From positions 21,611 through 85,610 of the IMG/VR virus record IMGVR_UViG_3300022555_000031: a stretch of DNA of 64,000 nucleotides, one strand, 5' to 3'. Under the pieces are notes generated by a model that ran no database searches, was not told the DNA's origin, and saw nothing but the letters and a program-made list of their open reading frames with translations. The stretch is from a virus. Taxonomy: Duplodnaviria > Caudoviricetes. The position numbers were made by a program, and so were the translations under genes. Positions 58,768 to 64,000 of the stretch are shown here, piece after piece (position 1 is the first letter of the stretch; every line of letters starts with the position of its first letter).

Positions 58768-60434
58768 TGGGCAAGTATGTCTCCTTTTATAAGGTGGCCG
58801 TTGAAGAAGATATGTCTCAATGGATACTCGAAGAATGGCTCAAGGCTGGGTTCAGGGAACTCGAATGGGAATACGCCTATGAGGAATGGAAGGACACCAA
58901 GAAGTGGAAGGACCAGGGGAGTGTTTGCCCGACCTGTTTCGCTCTGGACGGTCATAGGTTTAAGATTCAAGATGTTCTGGATAAAACCACACATAACGCA
59001 CCGAAGTATTCCATGAGCCACGTTGGGTGTTTTTCAAAGGACACGGAAATATATACTGAAGATGGGTTTAAGTTGGTAAAGGATGTTAAGGTGGGAGACA
59101 AAGTGTTGGCGTTGAACCCAAAGACTCTTGGCCTTGACTGGGTCAAGGCGATAGACACTGTGAGTTACAAGCAGGATAAGATGATACACTTCCACAATAA
59201 GAACCTTGACTTATTGGTAACTCCAAACCACAGGATGTTTCATGTTACGCCATACATGAGGTCGTTGGGTCGGAAGGAAGGAAAGTTTATCGAGGCAGAT
59301 AAATTGCCAAAATCAGCATTATTTTATCGTTCCTCTGAATGGAAGGGCAAGGACAATAATGCCCTGCAATTTGGTTTGACTATGGAAGAGTTCTGTAAGT
59401 TTATGGGGTATTTCTTGGCGGAAGGCAGTCTGGGGCGGATTAACCAAATAATGATTGCACAGTTTGATAAAGCAAAAAAGAAGAAAATGTGGAACGATTT
59501 GAGGGTTATGAACTTCAAAACAGTGTCCAATGTAAAACAGGGTATCTATATTAACGCACCAGAGTTGTATAATTACTTGAAGCAGTTTGGTAAATGCAAC
59601 GAGAAATATGTTCCGAGGATGATAAAAGAGCTACCCGCCAAACTAATTAGGATTTTTCTTGATGCGTTCAGGTTGGGAGATGGGTCTACCGTGAAACCCA
59701 AGCAGAAAATAGGTGGATACGAAGCGAAGGTCAGGAGGACGTATTGGACATCCTCAAAGCGTATGGCGGATGATTTAGGTGAGCTAATAATTAAGGTTGG
59801 CAAGAGGCCGTGTTATTATCTTGCAAAACGCAAAGGGAAGGTACAGCATTTCAAAAACGGGGACTATACCATAAACCATGATGTATGGACTGTCGGTGAA
59901 GGTAATGGTATTTATTCTGGCGGGTGTAGGAGCCGTGTAAAGAGAGAAGTGGTTGATTACAATGATTACGTGTATTGTGTTGAATTGGAGAAACATAATA
60001 CATTGTTGGTCCGTAAGAGTGGAACGGTTGTTTGGTCTGGGAATTGTTACTGTAGGATGAAAAGGATACCCAGGGAGGATGAGAGACTGGACTATCCGAA
60101 GGAACAGGAAACGAAAACAATGGAGCAAAAGTTAGACGACATTGGTTACACGGTTGTCCATATAGAAGAGGGCATCCGTGATTTATTTCAAAGACAGGGT
60201 GTTAAGTTTGAGGAAAGCGACATCCAGGACGTGAAGCAAAAGGTCCTTGAGTATGCCGAGGGATTGTCGATGTCAAACAAGAGCACAGCTCGAGACCAAA
60301 TCTGGAGAACGATACAGAGAGAGGTTTGGGCGATTACGAAGCAACGGAAAGGTAACGCCAGCTACTTTGGCTTTATTAGGATAGCGAATCAGGTCAAGAG
60401 AGAATTAGGGAGGACTTTATATGGCAATGAATAA
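58767..60434 (+). CDS. minor head morphogenesis protein (SPP1 gp7/Mu gpF-like), intein-containing
   Basis: VCPTC..LDG...SHVG|CYC reconstitutes the gpF CxxC...HxxCxC motif; lies between portal and protease. Confidence 0.75.
   Translation: MGKYVSFYKVAVEEDMSQWILEEWLKAGFRELEWEYAYEEWKDTKKWKDQGSVCPTCFALDGHRFKIQDVLDKTTHNAPKYSMSHVGCFSKDTEIYTEDGFKLVKDVKVGDKVLALNPKTLGLDWVKAIDTVSYKQDKMIHFHNKNLDLLVTPNHRMFHVTPYMRSLGRKEGKFIEADKLPKSALFYRSSEWKGKDNNALQFGLTMEEFCKFMGYFLAEGSLGRINQIMIAQFDKAKKKKMWNDLRVMNFKTVSNVKQGIYINAPELYNYLKQFGKCNEKYVPRMIKELPAKLIRIFLDAFRLGDGSTVKPKQKIGGYEAKVRRTYWTSSKRMADDLGELIIKVGKRPCYYLAKRKGKVQHFKNGDYTINHDVWTVGEGNGIYSGGCRSRVKREVVDYNDYVYCVELEKHNTLLVRKSGTVVWSGNCYCRMKRIPREDERLDYPKEQETKTMEQKLDDIGYTVVHIEEGIRDLFQRQGVKFEESDIQDVKQKVLEYAEGLSMSNKSTARDQIWRTIQREVWAITKQRKGNASYFGFIRIANQVKRELGRTLYGNE
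59028..60044 (+). mobile_element. LAGLIDADG intein (339 aa) in gpF-like gene
   Basis: CFSKDT start; VTPNH block B; FMGYFLAEG and FLDAFRLGDG; VYCVEL block F; WSGN/C end (penultimate Gly). Confidence 0.9.
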
Positions 60435-60615
60435 AATTGGTGGAGACAAGAAGCCAGGTATCCAGATTTTTGATAAAGAGGAGAAGGCTTTCGTGTCCCA
60501 AGATACCATGATTAAAAAGGCGATGGGCAGACAGAAGTGTCCTCATTGCGGGAGAAATATCCCGTCTGATGCGGTCACTTGTCCGTTCTGTAAATGTGCC
60601 GTAGGGGGGGTGTAA
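60421..60615 (+). CDS. small Zn-ribbon protein
   Basis: CPHCG...CPFC; GGAGG RBS. Confidence 0.65.
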   Translation: MAMNKIGGDKKPGIQIFDKEEKAFVSQDTMIKKAMGRQKCPHCGRNIPSDAVTCPFCKCAVGGV

Positions 60616-63600
60616 ATGTTTACAAAATATGCAAAGGTCAGTGGCAAAATTATAAGCCACCGTGCGAACTGGGAAAAGTGCGGTGGGTGTGAGAACGGCG
60701 GAAGCGGTTGCGATTGGAAGGGACTCGGCACCTGTAAAGCAATGATACCTATAAAATATGCCGATGTCCTTGGTGCGTATAAGAATGTAGTCGACCAATC
60801 CCCCAACCCAGACATTGCTCATCCCGACGTAGCGAAAGCGAACGTGGCCAGGGTTGCAATGTTGAACCCAGAGTTCCTTTACACAAGGGTTATCGGGGTG
60901 CACGGCGACGAGATGAATACCAACGGAGACATGTTCCGCTGGGGAAGTATTTCGGATAAAAATGCCCCAGAGCTTTTGAGGCACGACGAGATACTTGGCA
61001 AGCCAGTCTATGCGACTTTTGTCGGCAAGGGGAACTATAAGGACCACCAGAACGACAGCGTGACGAAGGCAGTTGGTATCCTCCTGGATGCCGTGCCAAA
61101 CCACGCAGTTAAGGGTATAGAACTGCTTATAGCAACAGATAGGAACAAGGACCCATACCTTGTTCGGGGTATTGAAACGGGTTACATTACCGACGTAAGT
61201 ATGGGGGCGGTATTGCCTGGAACAAAGATAAGTTTACCATCAGGTGATAATATTCTCGTTGAAAACATTATCCCTGGCATGGAGGTCCTCACCCATAAAG
61301 GGAACTACAAGAGGATAGATGTGGTCCAGAAATCAGACATAACTGGTTCGGTTGTTCATATTAAGGCCGAGGGTGGGAGTGAATTATTTTTAACTGGCGA
61401 CCATCCTTGCTGGGTAATCAGTGGGAATCAGAGGAATGAAAAAACAAAATGGAGAGCGAGGCTCTCTCATCAACGACAGATAGCGGGGAGGAAAATGGAG
61501 CGGGAGAAGAAGTCTAATTTGGAAATGACCCAACTATCTCCTTCGTTCGTAGAGTCGAAACATGTGAAGGTTGGGGATTATATTGGCATCCCGTATCCCA
61601 GTAAAGTTGAAGAGGATTATCTCGCCAATAAAGATTTTGCAAGATTGATGGGATACTTTGCATCTGAAGGGTACATAATTACGCAAGATGGCAAGATGGG
61701 AGGGGTTGGTTTTTCCATTAACATTAACGAGACTGGTTTGGCGGAAGAAATTGCTGGGCTTTGTAAAAAAATATTCAACAAAGAAGTCCAGGTAAAAGAA
61801 GTTCCAGAAAGAAACGGGATGTATGTGACGTTTTATGACAACACTGCAACCAGGATGTTTTATGACTATTGCGGGAAGGGTGCCAAAACCAAGGTATTGA
61901 GTCAAAAGATAATCCATTGGAAGCCAGAGTTACAGTTGGAGTTCCTTGGGGCTTATGTAAATGGTGATGGATTCCAGGCGAAGAACGGCATGGTATATTG
62001 CTCTACAGCCTCCGAGGTCCTTGCAAGACAGTTGCAGTGGATGTTTTTGAGATGCGGTATCATAGCTAATAGGCAGATGCTAAACCATAGGGGCGGGAAG
62101 AATTCGGTAGTTAAGATAGACACCATTGAGCACCAGGTTGCGATTGGAGCTTGGTTTTCAAAGGAACTGTCGGAGGTTTGCAAGGTCTCCGAAAAACGGC
62201 CATTGAAATGGCAGTTTACGAAGTTTATAAAAGATGGATGCCTGTGGACGCCAATTAAGTCGAAAGAGGTCGTGAAATACGATGGAAATGTATACGATTT
62301 ACAGGTCCAAGACGATGAGTCCTTTGTTGCCAATGGACTTTGTGTTCACAACTGTAGAGTGGCGTATTCAATTTGCTCGATATGCGGGAACGTTGCCCAT
62401 ACCGAGAAGGAATATTGCACCCACGTAAAAACGGCAAAAGGGGGTGAAATCAACGGACAGTCCGTATACGAAGACAACCGTGGCGTAGAATTTATAGAAG
62501 AATCCTGGGTCACGACAGGTGCAGATATTAAAGCAAAGTTTCTTGAAAAAATTGCCTCAAAGGCGTATAATACATTATCAGGAAACAAATTACTAACCCT
62601 TGTTGCAGAACTTGAACGTGATTTTGGAACACAAAATGCGTTAAAAGTTTTGGCTGATGCGAGGGCATACTTAGGCACTAAAAAATACTTTATAGGAGGA
62701 GACACTATGTCATTCAAAGTTACGAGGTCAGAAACCTCTAATGCACCAGGCGAGGTGCATCAGGCGGAGTCGGTGAAACTGGTAGAAGAACTTGCAAGGA
62801 TGGACAGTGCGGGAAGGGGTGCGACGAAGGGCGGAATGGCCCCAACGGACCTGCTTGCAATGGCGAAGAGTGCCGACCCTTATAATGAATCGGTTCCCAC
62901 GAACTCCATTGACACGTTAAGCAAGGAGCAAGGGAATACCCAATCAGTAGACCAGAACGACCAAATCACAAAAGTTGTTGAGACCGATGTTTCAAAGAGA
63001 GTTAACGTCGACCTCAACAAGAAAGTAATCGAAACCGCTCCCGAGACCGAGATACAAAAGGTTGTGGCTGGAGTTAAGGCTATCAGGGAAGCCAACAACG
63101 AACTCAGGAACATTTACCTCCCGAAAACGGCTGACAGTGTTATCGGCAGACTGAGAGCGAGAATCGGCAGAACTGCGGAGTCGGAAGAAAGACCCGTACA
63201 GTCTGTTGAAGACGGGAAGCAGAGATATAAACCCGACCCAGAAACAAGGGACGAGGAAGCGAGCGAGGCTCTTAAATCCGAGAGCACCAAGGAAAGGGCA
63301 AAAGAACCTACAACTGACAGGCCTATCACCAGAAGGTCAAAGAGGCTTGAGCTCCGTGGCAGGATAGCGGAACTGCAGGAAAGGTTTAAGAAACTTGCGG
63401 AGTCCGACGATGAAGCGTCGAGACTGCGTTCCAAACCAGAATCATACACTCCCGAAAAGACCGAAGACATTGACTATGAGTCTTCTGCAAAGGCAACGGA
63501 GAGTGCAATCAACAAAGAGCACAGCAAGAGAGACAGCGACAAACACGTTACCTCACCGCTCAAAACTCAGCTCTGGAGAGATAACAGGCCAATGAGGACT

Positions 63601-64000
63601 GCGGTTGAAGAGCCAGGCAAACTCCCAGGGATAAAGAATGTTAAACCCGAGGGCGACGCCAGTGTTGTCGGCAGGCAGATAGACGAGGTCCAGAATGCAC
63701 TTAAAGGTGTTGCCAACGTAGACGGCAACCTGGAATCTCAGGTCGGCACGCTCGAGAAAAAGATACAGGAACTCGAGGTAGCGAAGGCCAGCGGGAAATC
63801 AATCGGCCTTGCAAAGGAAGGGGCGGTCTCGATGGAGAAGATAGTCGACGGCACGTTCTCTTTCATGGACAAGATTGCCGAAATGATGGACGAGATTTCA
63901 GACGAGATAGATAAGCACATCGCTGATACCGAAAAGAAAGAGAGCAAGGTTGCTTCGGTAAGGCTTGCGAAGGACGAAGAGCACGAAGAGAAGGAAACCA
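60616..64000 (+). CDS. prohead maturation protease (intein-containing) fused in frame to a scaffold-like region; runs off the window
   Basis: Translated by hand and open to 64000 (absent from the ORF track); NTNGDMF, KDH (His), DVSMG|CRVAYSICSICGN (Ser); charged coiled-coil C-terminal part with an internal GGAGGA RBS and ATG 62707. Confidence 0.8.
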   Translation, partial: MFTKYAKVSGKIISHRANWEKCGGCENGGSGCDWKGLGTCKAMIPIKYADVLGAYKNVVDQSPNPDIAHPDVAKANVARVAMLNPEFLYTRVIGVHGDEMNTNGDMFRWGSISDKNAPELLRHDEILGKPVYATFVGKGNYKDHQNDSVTKAVGILLDAVPNHAVKGIELLIATDRNKDPYLVRGIETGYITDVSMGAVLPGTKISLPSGDNILVENIIPGMEVLTHKGNYKRIDVVQKSDITGSVVHIKAEGGSELFLTGDHPCWVISGNQRNEKTKWRARLSHQRQIAGRKMEREKKSNLEMTQLSPSFVESKHVKVGDYIGIPYPSKVEEDYLANKDFARLMGYFASEGYIITQDGKMGGVGFSININETGLAEEIAGLCKKIFNKEVQVKEVPERNGMYVTFYDNTATRMFYDYCGKGAKTKVLSQKIIHWKPELQLEFLGAYVNGDGFQAKNGMVYCSTASEVLARQLQWMFLRCGIIANRQMLNHRGGKNSVVKIDTIEHQVAIGAWFSKELSEVCKVSEKRPLKWQFTKFIKDGCLWTPIKSKEVVKYDGNVYDLQVQDDESFVANGLCVHNCRVAYSICSICGNVAHTEKEYCTHVKTAKGGEINGQSVYEDNRGVEFIEESWVTTGADIKAKFLEKIASKAYNTLSGNKLLTLVAELERDFGTQNALKVLADARAYLGTKKYFIGGDTMSFKVTRSETSNAPGEVHQAESVKLVEELARMDSAGRGATKGGMAPTDLLAMAKSADPYNESVPTNSIDTLSKEQGNTQSVDQNDQITKVVETDVSKRVNVDLNKKVIETAPETEIQKVVAGVKAIREANNELRNIYLPKTADSVIGRLRARIGRTAESEERPVQSVEDGKQRYKPDPETRDEEASEALKSESTKERAKEPTTDRPITRRSKRLELRGRIAELQERFKKLAESDDEASRLRSKPESYTPEKTEDIDYESSAKATESAINKEHSKRDSDKHVTSPLKTQLWRDNRPMRTAVEEPGKLPGIKNVKPEGDASVVGRQIDEVQNALKGVANVDGNLESQVGTLEKKIQELEVAKASGKSIGLAKEGAVSMEKIVDGTFSFMDKIAEMMDEISDEIDKHIADTEKKESKVASVRLAKDEEHEEKET
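61207..62352 (+). mobile_element. LAGLIDADG intein (382 aa) with non-canonical Ala1
   Basis: AVLPGTKI start; LTGDHP block B; LMGYFASEG and FLGAYVNGDG; VYDLQV block F; CVHN/C end. Confidence 0.88.

Noticed and set aside
61246-61263. DNILVE inside the protease intein as another junction motif
   Set aside because: It belongs to the normal intein N-terminal region and lacks REG
399-63947. Numerous minus-strand ORFs in the track (e.g. 21130-21876, 34361-35248, 51938-52723, 60394-61104)
   Set aside because: All are antisense shadows of long + strand genes, with no RBS or recognisable motifs

Overview
This is a 64-kb segment of a large tailed-bacteriophage genome, most likely a jumbo phage. Support: sigma70-like promoters, GGAGG ribosome-binding sites, standard code 11, and all real genes on the + strand. 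About 1-9.5 kb holds small accessory genes: a metallophosphoesterase, NDT-like and DUF6378-like proteins, a papain-type protease, Lar, ASCH, T5orf172 and a Dam-type methylase moron. From about 9.6 kb a late operon starts at a perfect sigma70 promoter followed at once by a terminator. It runs through a putative terS, terL, then about 43 kb of large modular proteins, and finally portal, gpF-like head protein and prohead protease/scaffold. Each of those last three genes carries an intein; the protease intein starts with Ala. Main finding: five ORFs are built from modules of roughly 150 aa punctuated by a conserved peptide, N-I-L-L-R-E-G-x(2-3)-K-x-A (about 28 copies, synonymously diverged DNA). 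They look like protease-processed, capsid-packaged polyproteins. Their modules include a diversified array of a novel domain, an ADP-ribosyltransferase-like module and a zincin. A nearby ORF in the same head-cargo block carries a stand-alone minimal CRISPR polymerase (mCpol) cyclase-like domain. All family assignments come from motif recognition by eye; no database searches were run.
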